Below are positions 21,221-33,332 of a stretch of 64,000 nt of DNA, piece by piece. The position numbers were made by a program, and so were the translations under genes. Source of the DNA: an uncultured delta proteobacterium (GTDB lineage Bacteria > Desulfobacterota > Syntrophia > Syntrophales > UBA2185); the NCBI GenBank assembly GCA_963695875.1, contig CAVOID010000009.1:64001-128000 (forward strand), written 5' to 3'. Under the pieces are notes generated by a model that saw nothing but the letters and a program-made list of their open reading frames with translations, did not search any database and was not told the DNA's origin. Position 1 is the first letter of the stretch, and the number at the start of each line of letters is the position of its first letter.

Positions 21221-23215
21221 ATGGCCGGTGAATCAAAAAAATGGCTGAGATTCAGGATTGTTACGCTTCTGGTATTTTTCCTGGTGCTTTTTGTCGCCCT
21301 TATATCGAGGGCGTTCCAGATTCAGGTACTTTCCGGCAAAATGTTGAAAACCCTTGCAGAAAGGCAGCATATAAAGACACTGCAGATTGAACCGGAAAGA
21401 GGCATTATATTCGATCGCAACGGTGAGAAGCTCGCTGCGAGCACCATGGCAAATTCTGTCTATGCTGATCCGTCAAAAATAAGTAATCCCGCCGACGTTG
21501 CGCAAAAATTAGCTCCAATCCTGAACATCGATAAAGTCACCATATTAAGAAAACTTTCGGGGTCAAAAAATTTCTGCTGGCTGGCGAGAAAAATACCCCC
21601 TGATCAGGCAAGCAAAGTAGAAGCCCTGAATATCGACAGCGTCTTTTTAATCAAGGAGCCAAAACGCTTCTATCCAAATGGAGAACTGGCCGGCCGACTT
21701 ATCGGATTTGTGGGGTTAGACTATACCGGTCTTGAAGGGCTGGAGTTAAAATACGATAACTATTTAAAGGCAACCCCGGAAAAATTGACCTGGGCTCGGG
21801 ATGCCAGAGGAAATCGATTATATTCGATGACTGAAAAGCCTGTCAATCAACAGGAAGAAGGATATAATCTCATTTTGACAATTGACAGCCGCATCCAGCA
21901 TATCGTTGAATCAAATTTAACGGAAGCAATTACGGCTAAAGGTGCAAAGGGCGGTTTCATCATCGTCATGGATCCCAAGACCGGCGAAATTCTTGCCCTG
22001 GCTGATCAACCGGGGTTCGATCCAAACAAATTTTCAAGCTACAATATCGGAAGGGGAAAAAACAAGGTTATCACTGATTCCTTCGATCCAGGCTCAACCT
22101 TTAAGCCTTTTCTCGCAGCGGCGGCCCTTGAAGAAGGTATCGTCAAAGAAACCGAAAGGTTTAATTGCGAAAATGGTCAATACAAAGTGGCAAACAGGGT
22201 GTTCCATGAGGCACAAAGAAAAAAGTATGGATATCTTACTTTTCACGACATTCTAAAATATTCGAGCAATATTGGATGCGTAAAGGTCTCTGAAAAGCTT
22301 AAAAAAGAACGATTTTATCACTATATTACACAATTCGGGTTCGGCTCAAAAACGGGAATCGATCTTCCCGGCGAGGTCAGCGGACTCCTGAGATCACCAC
22401 AAAACTGGACAAGGGTTGATGCATCAACCATTGCCTTTGGCCAGGGCGTCTCTGTCACAGCTATTCAGCTAATCACCGCGCTTTCTGCCATAGCAAACAA
22501 TGGTCTGCTGATGAAGCCTCATATAGTAGGTGCGGTAGTTGACAAACAAGGACAAATTATTAAAAAATTTTCACCGACCCCGGTAAGGCAGGTAATATCG
22601 CCGAAAACAGCGAAGAGACTCACTGCAATCCTGAAAGATGTGGTCGGAGATGATGATGGAACCGGTAATAAAGCGCAAATTGCCAACGTTGCCGTAGCAG
22701 GTAAAACAGGCACTTCTCAAAAACTCGATTCTGTGAGGAAGGTCTATTCTTCCGAAAGAGTTCGTACCTCCTTCATGGGATTTTTCCCCGCCGACGATCC
22801 ACAGATTGCCATTCTGGTTACCCTCGATGAACCACAGAGGGACAAGTGGGGCGGAATAGCTGCGGCACCCGTTTTTAAAAAAATTGGTGAACAGATATTG
22901 ACATGTTTCAAAACTGATATTAAGGAAGGCCCTTCCCCCGTTTTTGAAGAAGAAAAAAAGGGCAGTATTAAATTAAAGCTTGTGTCTGTGCCTCAAATAA
23001 TAAGCCGTCATGCCGATATGGAAAAAGACATGGATGAGCCGGGCATGCCGGATTTCAGAGGAATGACCATGAGAGATGTTTTGAAGAAGGCAAGGGAAAA
23101 GAATATTGACATTAAAATAATAGGGAGTGGCTGGGCAGTCAGCCAGGAGCCTAAGCCCAGTGCACCTCTGCGTAACCAGCGGCTCTGTGCTGTTTCTTTC
23201 AGCTCAGGCAATTGA
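21221..23215 (+). CDS. ftsI: Penicillin-binding protein 3 with C-terminal PASTA domain
   Basis: STFK, SSN and KTGT transpeptidase motifs; MPDFRGM PASTA. Confidence 0.95.
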   Translation: MAGESKKWLRFRIVTLLVFFLVLFVALISRAFQIQVLSGKMLKTLAERQHIKTLQIEPERGIIFDRNGEKLAASTMANSVYADPSKISNPADVAQKLAPILNIDKVTILRKLSGSKNFCWLARKIPPDQASKVEALNIDSVFLIKEPKRFYPNGELAGRLIGFVGLDYTGLEGLELKYDNYLKATPEKLTWARDARGNRLYSMTEKPVNQQEEGYNLILTIDSRIQHIVESNLTEAITAKGAKGGFIIVMDPKTGEILALADQPGFDPNKFSSYNIGRGKNKVITDSFDPGSTFKPFLAAAALEEGIVKETERFNCENGQYKVANRVFHEAQRKKYGYLTFHDILKYSSNIGCVKVSEKLKKERFYHYITQFGFGSKTGIDLPGEVSGLLRSPQNWTRVDASTIAFGQGVSVTAIQLITALSAIANNGLLMKPHIVGAVVDKQGQIIKKFSPTPVRQVISPKTAKRLTAILKDVVGDDDGTGNKAQIANVAVAGKTGTSQKLDSVRKVYSSERVRTSFMGFFPADDPQIAILVTLDEPQRDKWGGIAAAPVFKKIGEQILTCFKTDIKEGPSPVFEEEKKGSIKLKLVSVPQIISRHADMEKDMDEPGMPDFRGMTMRDVLKKAREKNIDIKIIGSGWAVSQEPKPSAPLRNQRLCAVSFSSGN

Positions 23216-23224
23216 GGAACCAAT

Positions 23225-24767
23225 GTGCAAATACAGGCTGTTATAAAGGATATAGATATACTCCAGGTCATCCGGAAACCTGGAAGGAGAAGTCTCAGCC
23301 ATTTGCTATGATTCAAGAAACTGTGAAAAAAACGGCCTTTTTGTGGCTGTCCGCGGATTAAAGTATGATGGTCACGATTATATTCCGGAAGCAGTTGCCC
23401 GCGGTGCGAGATTCATCGTTCACGAGAAGGATTACAAACCCCCGCCCGATATTGTTTCTATAAGGGTTCCCGATAGCCGCCGGATACTCGGTATCCTTGG
23501 AAAAAATTTTTACAACGACCCTTCTTCACACCTATGTCTTATAGGCGTTACAGGAACAAACGGAAAGACAACAGTGACATTCTTGCTTGAATCCATTCTT
23601 AAAGCAGCGGGATTCAACGTTGGAGTATTGGGAACAGTTAATTACCGGTTTAGGGCTAATGTACTGCCTGCCCCGAATACGACGCCTGAGTCATATGAAT
23701 TGCAAAAGATACTGAGAATAATGGTTGACGAAGGAATAACTCATGTAGTTATGGAAGTTTCTTCTCACGCAATTGATTTAAGAAGGGTCGATGATTGTTC
23801 CTTCGACATGGGAATTTTCACGAACTTCTCCCAGGATCATCTTGATTACCATAAGACATTGGAAAATTATTTTCAGGCGAAGAAACGCTTCTTCGAGGAA
23901 ATACTCCCTGCCTCCAAGAAGCAGCGGGGACAAACAATGATCATAAACGGTGATGACCCATGGGGACAAAGGCTCCTGAGAGAAATCAGAACGAAGCTCT
24001 CATTAAGAACATTCGGCATGGAGAACCCCTGCGATGCTACCGTGGGCGAGTATACACTTTCTACAGAAGGGATAAGGGCAGATATAAATATGGAAAACAG
24101 GAGTTTCACCATATCCTCCCCCCTGATCGGAAAATTTAACCTTTATAATATATTGGCCGCAGTTGCAGCATCTGCTTCACTCAATATCCACGAGGAATCC
24201 ATTCAGACAGGCATTCAGAACCTAAGTAATGTCCCGGGACGCTTGGAAAAGGTGAGCGACGCCGGCGAGCCTGATGTTTTTGTCGACTATGCGCATACCG
24301 AAGACGCCCTTGTTCGCGTATTGCAGAATTTATCTGCATTCAAAAAAGGAAAAATCATCACTGTTTTTGGGTGCGGCGGCGACAGAGATCGCGGGAAAAG
24401 ACCCCTGATGGGAATCGCTGCGACAGCATGGAGCGATTTGACTATTCTAACTTCAGACAACCCCAGAACGGAGGAACCGCTTTCCATAATAAGAGAAATA
24501 GAAAGAGGCATAAGCAAAGATTCCGTTAAAAAGCTTCTTCCTGAAGAACTTGGAAATAGTACAAATGAAAAAAGCTATGTTGTGATTCCCGAACGGAAAA
24601 AGGCCATAGAAACGGCTGTTGCCCTTGCCGCTATGTCGGACATCGTCCTGATCGCGGGAAAGGGTCACGAAAATTACCAGATCATCGGAGACAGACGGAT
24701 TGCCTTTGATGACAAACTGGTTGCCAAAGAAGCCTTGACGGCTAAGCAACACAGGAAAGCATCTTGA
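23225..24767 (+). CDS. murE: UDP-MurNAc-tripeptide synthetase MurE (frameshift near 23270)
   Basis: GVTGTNGKTT, MEVSSH, DYAHT, DNPR (meso-DAP type), AGKGHE; N-terminus from GTG 23225 joins YDSR frame. Confidence 0.96.
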
Positions 24768-26220
24768 AAGAAGAACCAGCATACCCGATTTTCCACGGCG
24801 CGGAGATTTTAAAGGCCACCGGGGGGAACATAATCAGCGGCGCAATTGAAAAGATATTTCACGGCGTATCTACGGATACACGACAGATACAAAGGGGCAG
24901 CCTGTTTATCCCCCTGAAAGGGGAAAAATTTAACGGTCATGATTTTATTGCCGATGCCGTAAAAGCCGGCGCCGCAGGTTTTCTGATCCAGAAGGGTTCG
25001 GAAGATAAGATGCCGTCCCGGAATGAAGACACGCTTATCATCGGTGTAGTGGATACCCTGAAAGCGCTTGGCGATATAGCCAATTTCTGGCGCAAGAATT
25101 GCAACGCAACTATTGTGGCAGTAACAGGAAGTTCAGGAAAAACAACCACAAAGGAAATGATTGCAACCATTGCCGGACTGACAAAAAAAGTTAGCAAGGC
25201 CAGGGGGAATTATAATAATCTGATCGGCCTGCCGCTGTCCATCCTCCGGATAGATGAAGGGCATGAAGTTGCCATCCTGGAAATGGGCACAAACGCGCCG
25301 GGAGAGATCGGCAGGCTGACCCGCATCGCCGAACCGGACATCGGGCTCATAACCAATATTGGTCCCGCTCACCTGGAAGGTTTAAAATCCCTTGATATGG
25401 TGCGGGACGAAAAATGCGATCTTTTTCGCAATATGGCGGAAACCGGGGTTGCCATAATAAATATTGACGACAAGAAATTACAGATCTCAGATACGGATTG
25501 GAGAGGGAAAAAGCTAACCTTCGGGTTCAGCAAAAATGCCGATGTCTCGGCAGGTAACATTGAGACAAGTGGAAGAGAGGGGGCAGGCTTTACCATCAAA
25601 ATAGGTGAGTTCAGACAGGATATTAAAATGTCCACAGTAGGGAGTCATAATATTTATAATGCCCTTGCTGCCGCTGCATCTTCATGGGCGCTGGGTATAG
25701 AATACCAGACGATCTGTCAGGGATTAACGGCATTTCAGCCCATCTCCGGACGTATGGAGATCCACTGGCTGAATAACGGAGCATTCATTATTAATGATAC
25801 ATACAATGCCAACCCTGCGTCGTTTCGTGCCGCCCTTGAGACACTGAAGAATTTAAAAGGAGATCATGGCAGCACGGTAATCATGGGTGACATGCTGGAG
25901 CTTGGGAGACCGGGCGGAAGAAGTTGCATGAAGGTATCGGGAGTCTAATGGCAGACACTGAGGTGGGCACCATTTTCCTCAGAGGAAGGCTCTCCCCGGC
26001 GACGGCAGCGGGGGCGTTAAAAAAAAATATGTCAAAGGATCAAATAATTTTTTTTGAAAAACCCGAGGAAATCTTATCCCGTTTATCTTCCTATGTGGAG
26101 AAGGGTGACTGGATTCTCGTCAAGGGATCAAGACAGACAAAAATGGAAGACACCGTTCGGAAGATCATCGAACTATTTGGCACGGAAGAAGATCAAGAAA
26201 GAGATAAAAAGGAATTATAA
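24764..26220 (+). CDS. murF: MurF (frameshift near 25910)
   Basis: TGSSGKTTTKE, NNLIGLP, NDTYNANP, GDMLELG, LVKGSR. Confidence 0.96.
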
Positions 26221-27301
26221 ATGATCTATCATCTCTTATACCCACTCCATACTACATATTCCTATTTCAATGTATTCCGGTATATTACTTTCCGGACAAT
26301 CTACGCTACGGTTACTGCACTCGTAATCTGTTTTGTTATCGGTCCCTGGTTGATCAGAAAACTTCAGTCCCTGCAAATCGGCCAGACTATCAGGGATGAC
26401 GGCCCCAATACCCACCTTGCAAAAAAGGGAACACCGACGATGGGTGGGATCCTCATCATTTTTGCCGTTGTCATCTCCACCCTCCTTTGGGCCAACCTGA
26501 CCATCGATTATGTCTGGCTTGTCATAATGGTTATCGTCGGTTTCGGACTCATAGGATTCACGGATGACTACAGAAAACTGACCAGCCAGAGCAGCCGGGG
26601 AATTCCGGGAAAAGTCAGGCTGCTCGGGGAAATCGCCATAGCCCTCTTTGTCAGCGTTATACTCTATATCAAACCGGGTTTTACTTCCAATGTAACGATT
26701 CCCTTTTTCAAAACTGCACTTCCCGATCTGGGATGGGGGTATATCATACTTTCGACTTTCATAATTGTCGGCGCTGCCAATGCCGTAAACCTGACAGATG
26801 GTCTGGACGGCCTCGCCATCGGTCCGGCTATAACATGTTTCATGACGTATCTCTTCTTTGCCTATTTTGCGGGCAATATTAGAATAGCCAGTTACTTGCA
26901 GATCCCCTATGTCGCGGGAACAGGAGAGCTTGCCATAATCTGTGGCGCTACCGTGGGGGCCGGCCTTGGTTTTCTCTGGTACAACGCCTACCCGGCCCAG
27001 GTATTTATGGGAGACGTGGGTTCTCTTTCCTTAGGCGCTGCCCTCGGAACTTTAGCGATCGCAACAAAGCAGGAAATCCTTCTTGCCATTGTTGGCGGTA
27101 TATTTGTGACTGGAGACCTTTTCGGTCATTTTTCAGGTGGGCTGGTTCAAGATGTCCAACGGCAAGCGCATCTTCAGGATGGCGCCGATCCACCATCATT
27201 TTGAGCTCAAAGGATGGGCTGAACCGAAAGTCATTGTCCGGTTCTGGATAATTTCCATTCTTCTGGCCCTTTTGGCAATCAGTACCCTAAAACTGAGGTA
27301 G
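26221..27301 (+). CDS. mraY: MraY (frameshift near 27110)
   Basis: [34 protein letters not shown] in shifted frame, stop 27299-27301. Confidence 0.97.
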
Positions 27302-27311
27302 AATAATCTTT

Positions 27312-28658
27312 ATGGAACTTTCAGGAAAACGTATACTGGTTATCGGGCTAGGAAAGACAGGAATCGCCTCAGCCCGGTTCCTGGCGGGGAAAGGCGCCAA
27401 TGTCGCCGTCACCGATGAGAAACCTCAAACGGAATTGAAAGGCGTTATCCGTGAGCTTGGCAATGCGTACGCAAATTTAGAATTCCGCAAGTATGCCCCT
27501 GACAGCCTGTCACGAGTGGATTTAATCATTCCCTCCCCCGGTGTACCACCCTCCAATATTCTACTTGCAGAAGCTGTTAATAAGAAAATACCTATCCTGA
27601 GTGAGATTGAAGTCGCCTACAGATTCTTAAAGATGCCCATGATTGCCATTACCGGTACCAATGGAAAGACAACCACAACCACCTTGATAGGAAATATTCT
27701 TAAAAAAGGAGGGAAAAAGGTCTTCGTAGGAGGCAACATTGGAAATCCTCTTATCGGTTACGTTGAAGGGAATCAAGATGACGATTATGCTGTCGTCGAG
27801 GTAAGCAGTTTCCAGTTGCAGTGGATTCAACATTTCCACCCTTTTATATCTATTCTCCTTAACACCACCTGCGACCATGTCGATTATCACGGGTCCTTTG
27901 AGGCATATCGGATGGCCAAAGAAAGGATATTTGAGAATCAGGGGGAATCTGATCTTACCATCCTTAATGCAGATGAACCAAGATCATCCGTCCTCGCAAG
28001 AAATATGGTCTCGCAAGTCCAGTTTTTCAGTTCTTCGACTACGGTACAGAGGGGCATATTTCTCGAAGACAACGCGCTGGTCCATATTACCACACAAGGT
28101 GAAAGAGAAGAGTATCCGCTCGACATGATTAAGATACCGGGTTTGCATAATATTGAAAATGTCATGGCCTCAATAATGGCCGCAAGGTATTGCGGATGCC
28201 CTCCTGCGAGTATTGTCAGTGCTGTAGAGGATTTCAAGGGAATACCTCACAGAATAGAATTTACGGACGAAAAAAACGGTGTGGCATTCTACGACGATTC
28301 TAAAGGAACTAACGTGGGCGCAGTGATACGCGCACTGGAAACATTTGCCAAACCCATCATTTTGCTCATGGGAGGAAGGGATAAGGAGGGTGACTTTGAA
28401 ACCCTGAGGCCCCTTGTCAGGGCAAAGGTAAAAGAGCTGGTTCTTTTTGGTGAGGCGAGGAACAGAATAAATGACCTGATTGGCGGGGTGGTCAAAACTT
28501 CAAAGGTAACAACGCTCAAAGAGGCGATAGAGGTGGCTTATCGGCATTCGTCAGCGGGGGATGTTGTCCTGCTTTCTCCCGGATGCGCAAGCTTTGATGA
28601 GTTTTCAGACTATAAAGAACGGGGAAGATTCTTTAAAGATGCGGTCAAAAATCTCTAA
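27312..28658 (+). CDS. murD: MurD
   Basis: GTNGKTTT, EVSSFQL, DDSKGTN, LSPGCASFD. Confidence 0.97.
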   Translation: MELSGKRILVIGLGKTGIASARFLAGKGANVAVTDEKPQTELKGVIRELGNAYANLEFRKYAPDSLSRVDLIIPSPGVPPSNILLAEAVNKKIPILSEIEVAYRFLKMPMIAITGTNGKTTTTTLIGNILKKGGKKVFVGGNIGNPLIGYVEGNQDDDYAVVEVSSFQLQWIQHFHPFISILLNTTCDHVDYHGSFEAYRMAKERIFENQGESDLTILNADEPRSSVLARNMVSQVQFFSSSTTVQRGIFLEDNALVHITTQGEREEYPLDMIKIPGLHNIENVMASIMAARYCGCPPASIVSAVEDFKGIPHRIEFTDEKNGVAFYDDSKGTNVGAVIRALETFAKPIILLMGGRDKEGDFETLRPLVRAKVKELVLFGEARNRINDLIGGVVKTSKVTTLKEAIEVAYRHSSAGDVVLLSPGCASFDEFSDYKERGRFFKDAVKNL

Positions 28659-29766
28659 ATTTTTCAAACAACCTCCGGCAGAGAAAAGGTTGGATATTAT
28701 CATCCTCCTCGTGACATTGATTCTTGTCACCATAGGCACCGTAATGATCTACAGCTCAAGTTCTATAATTGCCATGAAGAGGTTTAACGACGGACAGTAC
28801 TTTCTAAAAAAACAGATATTCTTCGTGCTTCTTGGATTGGGTATTATGGTCCTGATAACGAAGATTCCTTACGAACTGTTGAAAAAATTCGCTTATCCCG
28901 GAATTGTTTTATCGGTTATTCTTCTTACCCTTCTCCTGATACCACATGTCGGGATCCGGGCCGGAGGCGCCACCAGGTGGCTTAAACTGGGTTTTTTTTC
29001 ATTCCAGGTTACCGAAGTGGTCAAGGTCTCAGTGATACTTTTTCTTGCGTATTTTTTAACAAAAAAAAATAACGACATAACAGATTTTAAGCATGCAGTC
29101 CTGGTTCCCCTGACAGTCACACTGCTCATTGTTGGCCTGATTATTCTGGAACCGGATTTTGGGACGGCTGTCATCATAACCGTCATCATGATGTTGATGT
29201 TCTATCTGTCCGGATGCAGATTGCTGCATCTTGCAGGCATCGTAGCTCTCTTCGTCCCCGTTGGTGTCTGGCTGCTCCTGCACAAGAGCTATCGCCTCGC
29301 ACGGCTGATGAGTTTCCTTGATCCCTGGAAGGATCCTCAGCATTCAGGATTCCAAATCATTCAGTCCCTTCTTTCCTTCGGTTCAGGCGGTACGTTCGGC
29401 GTAGGGATAGGAGATGGTATGCAAAAACTTTTTTATCTCCCCGAACCGCATACAGACTTTATCCTGTCGATCATTGCCGAAGAGAGTGGTTTCATCGGTG
29501 TGCTCATCGTCATTTTCCTCTTTGCTATTCTGATTGTAAGAGGGTTCATGGTTTCTTTCAGGGCCCCGGATCTTTTCAGCACACTTCTGGCCGCAGGATT
29601 GACCATGCTGATCGCTCTCGAAGCATTCATCAACATTGCCGGTGTTATGGGCTTAATTCCACTCAAGGGCCTGGCACTTCCACTTGTCAGTTATGGCGGT
29701 ACATCGTTGATTATGTCCTTGTCAGTGGTGGGTATACTCCTGAATATCTCCTCCTATGAAAAATAA
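28639..29766 (+). CDS. ftsW: SEDS protein FtsW
   Basis: GATRW, EPDFG, YLPEPHTDFI, SYGGTS. Confidence 0.95.
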   Translation: MRSKISKFFKQPPAEKRLDIIILLVTLILVTIGTVMIYSSSSIIAMKRFNDGQYFLKKQIFFVLLGLGIMVLITKIPYELLKKFAYPGIVLSVILLTLLLIPHVGIRAGGATRWLKLGFFSFQVTEVVKVSVILFLAYFLTKKNNDITDFKHAVLVPLTVTLLIVGLIILEPDFGTAVIITVIMMLMFYLSGCRLLHLAGIVALFVPVGVWLLLHKSYRLARLMSFLDPWKDPQHSGFQIIQSLLSFGSGGTFGVGIGDGMQKLFYLPEPHTDFILSIIAEESGFIGVLIVIFLFAILIVRGFMVSFRAPDLFSTLLAAGLTMLIALEAFINIAGVMGLIPLKGLALPLVSYGGTSLIMSLSVVGILLNISSYEK

Positions 29767-29785
29767 ACAGAAGTAGAGACGGGAT

Positions 29786-30863
29786 ATGAAAGTTATTATA
29801 GCTGGTGGAGGAACGGGAGGGCACCTTTTTCCTGGAATTGCCATCGCGGAGGAATTCTTAAAAAGGGATCAGAATAATAGCATCCTTTTCATAGGAACAG
29901 AGAGAGGGCTGGAAAGAAGAATACTGGGGGATATGGGATTTGATCTTAACACCCTTGATGTGGAAGGAATTAAAGGAAAGGGCCTGATGAAAGCTATTAG
30001 TGCGTCACTGAAGATTCCAGGAAGCCTGGTCCAGTCGTACAGGCTGATCCGTGAGTATTGTCCGGACATCGTGATTGGAGTGGGAGGTTATTCTTCCGGT
30101 CCGGCAGTGATGGCGGCACACTTCATGGGCATCAAAACGGCCATCGCAGAACAAAACGCCCTGCCGGGCATCACCAACAGGATTCTCGGAAAGTTTGTTG
30201 ACAGGATATTTTTGACCTTCTCTGAAACAAAAAAGTGGTTCCCGGGTAATAAGGCTATCACTTCCGGAAACCCTGTCAGAGCAGCTTTTTTTACAGGAGC
30301 ACAGGAATCGAAGAGGAGCGCAGGCAAGTTTACCTTGCTGATTTTCGGTGGGAGCCAGGGCGCCCACAGCATAAATACGGCTGTCCTGAATGCCCTTCCA
30401 TACCTGGAAGGAATTAAAGCTAAATTGAAGATAATCCATCAGACAGGCAGCATAGACCTGAATATCTGTATCTGAGACTTACCAATCGTACAGGATTGAT
30501 GCAGAGGTTCTGCCCTTTATCACGGATATGGCACGAGCCTATAGAAACTCTGATTTACTTATTTGCAGGGCAGGCGCTACATCAATCGCCGAGGTCACTG
30601 CCTGCGGAAAAGCGGCCATCCTGATCCCTTTTCCCTATGCCACGAATGACCACCAGACAAAGAACGCTGAGGCATTGGTAAGAGCTGGGGCAGCCGTATT
30701 AATACGGGAAGCAGACCTCGACGGTAAAAAACTGGCCGAGGTCATCGATCATTTTTACCACCACCCGGAAATGATAAGTGAGATGGAGTTAAAATCGGCC
30801 AGCCTTGGCAATGAAAAGGCAGCCTCTAATATTGTAGATATTTGTATGGAGATGGTTACATAA
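29786..30863 (+). CDS. murG: MurG (frameshift near 30460)
   Basis: GGGTGGH, EQNALPG, GGSQGA, RAGATSIAE, DHQTKNA. Confidence 0.96.
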
Positions 30864-30889
30864 AAAATTTGTAAATTTTCGTAGATTTA

Positions 30890-30936
30890 ATACAAGATAT
30901 AGTATATAGGGACATTTAGTATACAATATACAGTAA
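30890..30936. promoter_or_regulatory. Tandem NrdR-box-like sites upstream of murC
   Basis: ATACAAGATATAGTAT (30890-30905) and ATACAATATACAGTAA (30921-30936), 31 bp apart; consensus acaCwAtATaTwGtgt. Confidence 0.65.
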
Positions 30937-30982
30937 AAGCGATCATAGTAGGAAGTTTTGTCAGGCTGAGTCGGGTGAGGAA

Positions 30983-32383
30983 ATGAAGGACGGCAACAGA
31001 AGAGACACCATGCGCAGAAAGATTAAACGTATCCATTTCGTCGGGATAGGCGGTATCGGCATGAGTGGCATAGCGGAAGTACTTCTCAACCTGGGTTACA
31101 CGATCAGCGGATCAGACCTGAGCCAATCAGATCTCACGCAGAGGCTTGCTTCACTGGGTGCAAGAATTTATACAGGCCACCATGCCTCCAATCTCGGCGA
31201 CACGGATGTGGTCGTTACTTCAACAGCTGTTAAAACCGACAACCCGGAGGTATTGGAAGCACACAGAAGGAACATACCCGTAATACCTCGTGCCGAAATG
31301 CTGGCGGAGCTGCTAAAAATGAAGTTTTCCATCGCCGTATCGGGAAGCCACGGTAAAACAACTACAACCTCAATGGTGGCAACGGTCCTCGCGTCCGGAG
31401 GTCTCGATCCCACCATGGTGATCGGGGGCAAACTGGCAAGCATCGGCAGCAACGCAAAACTGGGAGACGGAGAGGTTATTGTGGCAGAGGCCGATGAAAG
31501 CGACGGCTCATTTCTTAAACTGTCTCCATCCTTAGCCGTGATTACTAATATCGACCTTGAGCACCTTGATCATTACAGGGATATTGAAGACATCAAAGAT
31601 GCTTTCTTACAGTTCGCAAACATCGTTCCCTTTTATGGTTCCACGATAATCTGCCTTGATGATGAAAACGCAAAAGCGATCCTTCCAAACATAAAGAGAA
31701 AAACCGTGACATACGGTCTTCACCCGCCTGCGGACTACAGGGCGAGCGAGATATCATTCTCCGGGCATTCTTCCAGTTTTACCGTCCACTATAAAGAGGA
31801 AGCCCTCGGAACTGTGACACTCAACGTACCGGGCCTTTTCAATGTTTATAATTCCCTGGCAGCAATCGCGGTGGCCCGCGAATTAGATATGGATTTTCCG
31901 GCCATCAAAGAAGGCCTGAAGATTTTTACCGGTGTTCAGCGGAGGTTGGAGGTTAAAGGAAAGGTCAACGGGATTACCATCGTAGATGATTACGGTCATC
32001 ACCCAACCGAGATCAGTGAAACACTGAAAGCGGCAAAACAGGTATGGAAGGAAAAAATTATCGTTGTATTCCAACCCCATCGCTATACCCGGACAAAGGC
32101 CCTTTTTAACGAATTTCTTACAGCTTTCCCCAACGCGGATGAACTGATTGTGACTGACATCTACGCGGCTAGTGAAGCTCCTATAAATGGGATAAATGCC
32201 GAGAGCCTCTGTGAAGGGATACGCGGTCGCGGTCACAACAACGTTATCTATATGCATACCTTTGACGACATTGTAGATCACCTTCTTTCCATTGCAAAAC
32301 CCACGGACGTTATTATCACACAAGGGGCTGGAAATGTATGGAAGATCGGTGAGGAATTCTTGAAAAGGGCCTCACAGAAGTGA
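30983..32383 (+). CDS. murC: MurC (alternative start 31010)
   Basis: [38 protein letters not shown]. Confidence 0.97.
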   Translation: MKDGNRRDTMRRKIKRIHFVGIGGIGMSGIAEVLLNLGYTISGSDLSQSDLTQRLASLGARIYTGHHASNLGDTDVVVTSTAVKTDNPEVLEAHRRNIPVIPRAEMLAELLKMKFSIAVSGSHGKTTTTSMVATVLASGGLDPTMVIGGKLASIGSNAKLGDGEVIVAEADESDGSFLKLSPSLAVITNIDLEHLDHYRDIEDIKDAFLQFANIVPFYGSTIICLDDENAKAILPNIKRKTVTYGLHPPADYRASEISFSGHSSSFTVHYKEEALGTVTLNVPGLFNVYNSLAAIAVARELDMDFPAIKEGLKIFTGVQRRLEVKGKVNGITIVDDYGHHPTEISETLKAAKQVWKEKIIVVFQPHRYTRTKALFNEFLTAFPNADELIVTDIYAASEAPINGINAESLCEGIRGRGHNNVIYMHTFDDIVDHLLSIAKPTDVIITQGAGNVWKIGEEFLKRASQK

Positions 32384-32402
32384 GGGTATCGAGGAAGACC
32401 GT

Positions 32403-33332
32403 ATGCTTAAGGACAGCACGCTCCGCGAAAAGTTAAGAGATATTGTTTCCGGTAAGGTGTTGTTCAATGAACCTATGTCCCGCCACACGTCAATCGGAGT
32501 AGGCGGGACGGCTGATGCATTGGTTTCTCCGGAAACCATGGAAGAATTAAGACAGACTATCACCTGTCTTAGACATTCTAAAATACCCTTCATTCCCGTC
32601 GGCAACGGAACAAATCTAATAGTGCGGGACGGCGGTTACAGAGGTGTTATAATTTCCACTAAAGGTCTCAATAATATAACTTTGACTCAAAGAAGTGCCC
32701 AGCAGGTGTCAATCCAGACGGGAGCAGGCGCTGCGCTTTCCGAGATTGTTCGCCTGACTGAAGAAGAATCTCTGACAGGCATGGAATTTTGTGCCGGTAT
32801 CCCCGGCAGCGTGGGAGGGGCGGTTAAAATGAATGCCGGTGCTTATGGCAGAGAAATTAAGGACATCGTTGAAACAATCGAATTGATGGATAAAAGCGGA
32901 GAAATCCGGGAATTAAAAAAAAACTCTCTAAAATTTGAATACAGGAATCTTGATCTGCCGGAGAGTACAATTATTACGGGTGCGTCGTTCCTCCTGACGA
33001 AGGGGACAAAGGAAAAAATTTGGGGGAGGATAAATGAAATTCTTGGAATGCGGAAGAATAAGCACCCCCTTGAATTTCGTAACTCAGGTTCCATATTCAA
33101 AAACCCCAAGGGAGGTGTCCCGGCCGGTCAAATCATTGATGAAATAGGGCTTAAGGGCAATCAGATAGGCAGTGCAAAAATATCAGAAAAACATGGAAAC
33201 TTCATCGTAAACCTGGGACAGGCAAAAGCAAGCGATATTATTGCGCTGATAAACATGGTTAAGAAAAAGGTTAAGGACGAACGCGGCATTATCCTGGAAG
33301 CAGAGGTTCGAATCATTGGGGAAGAAATATGA
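32403..33332 (+). CDS. murB: MurB
   Basis: GNGTNL, GIPGSVGGAVKMNAG, GSIFKNP, HGNFIVN. Confidence 0.96.
   Translation: MLKDSTLREKLRDIVSGKVLFNEPMSRHTSIGVGGTADALVSPETMEELRQTITCLRHSKIPFIPVGNGTNLIVRDGGYRGVIISTKGLNNITLTQRSAQQVSIQTGAGAALSEIVRLTEEESLTGMEFCAGIPGSVGGAVKMNAGAYGREIKDIVETIELMDKSGEIRELKKNSLKFEYRNLDLPESTIITGASFLLTKGTKEKIWGRINEILGMRKNKHPLEFRNSGSIFKNPKGGVPAGQIIDEIGLKGNQIGSAKISEKHGNFIVNLGQAKASDIIALINMVKKKVKDERGIILEAEVRIIGEEI

Noticed and set aside
30918..30935. E. coli-type LexA box (TATACAGTA half-site)
   Set aside because: The left CTGT half-site is missing; the NrdR consensus and 31-bp tandem spacing fit better
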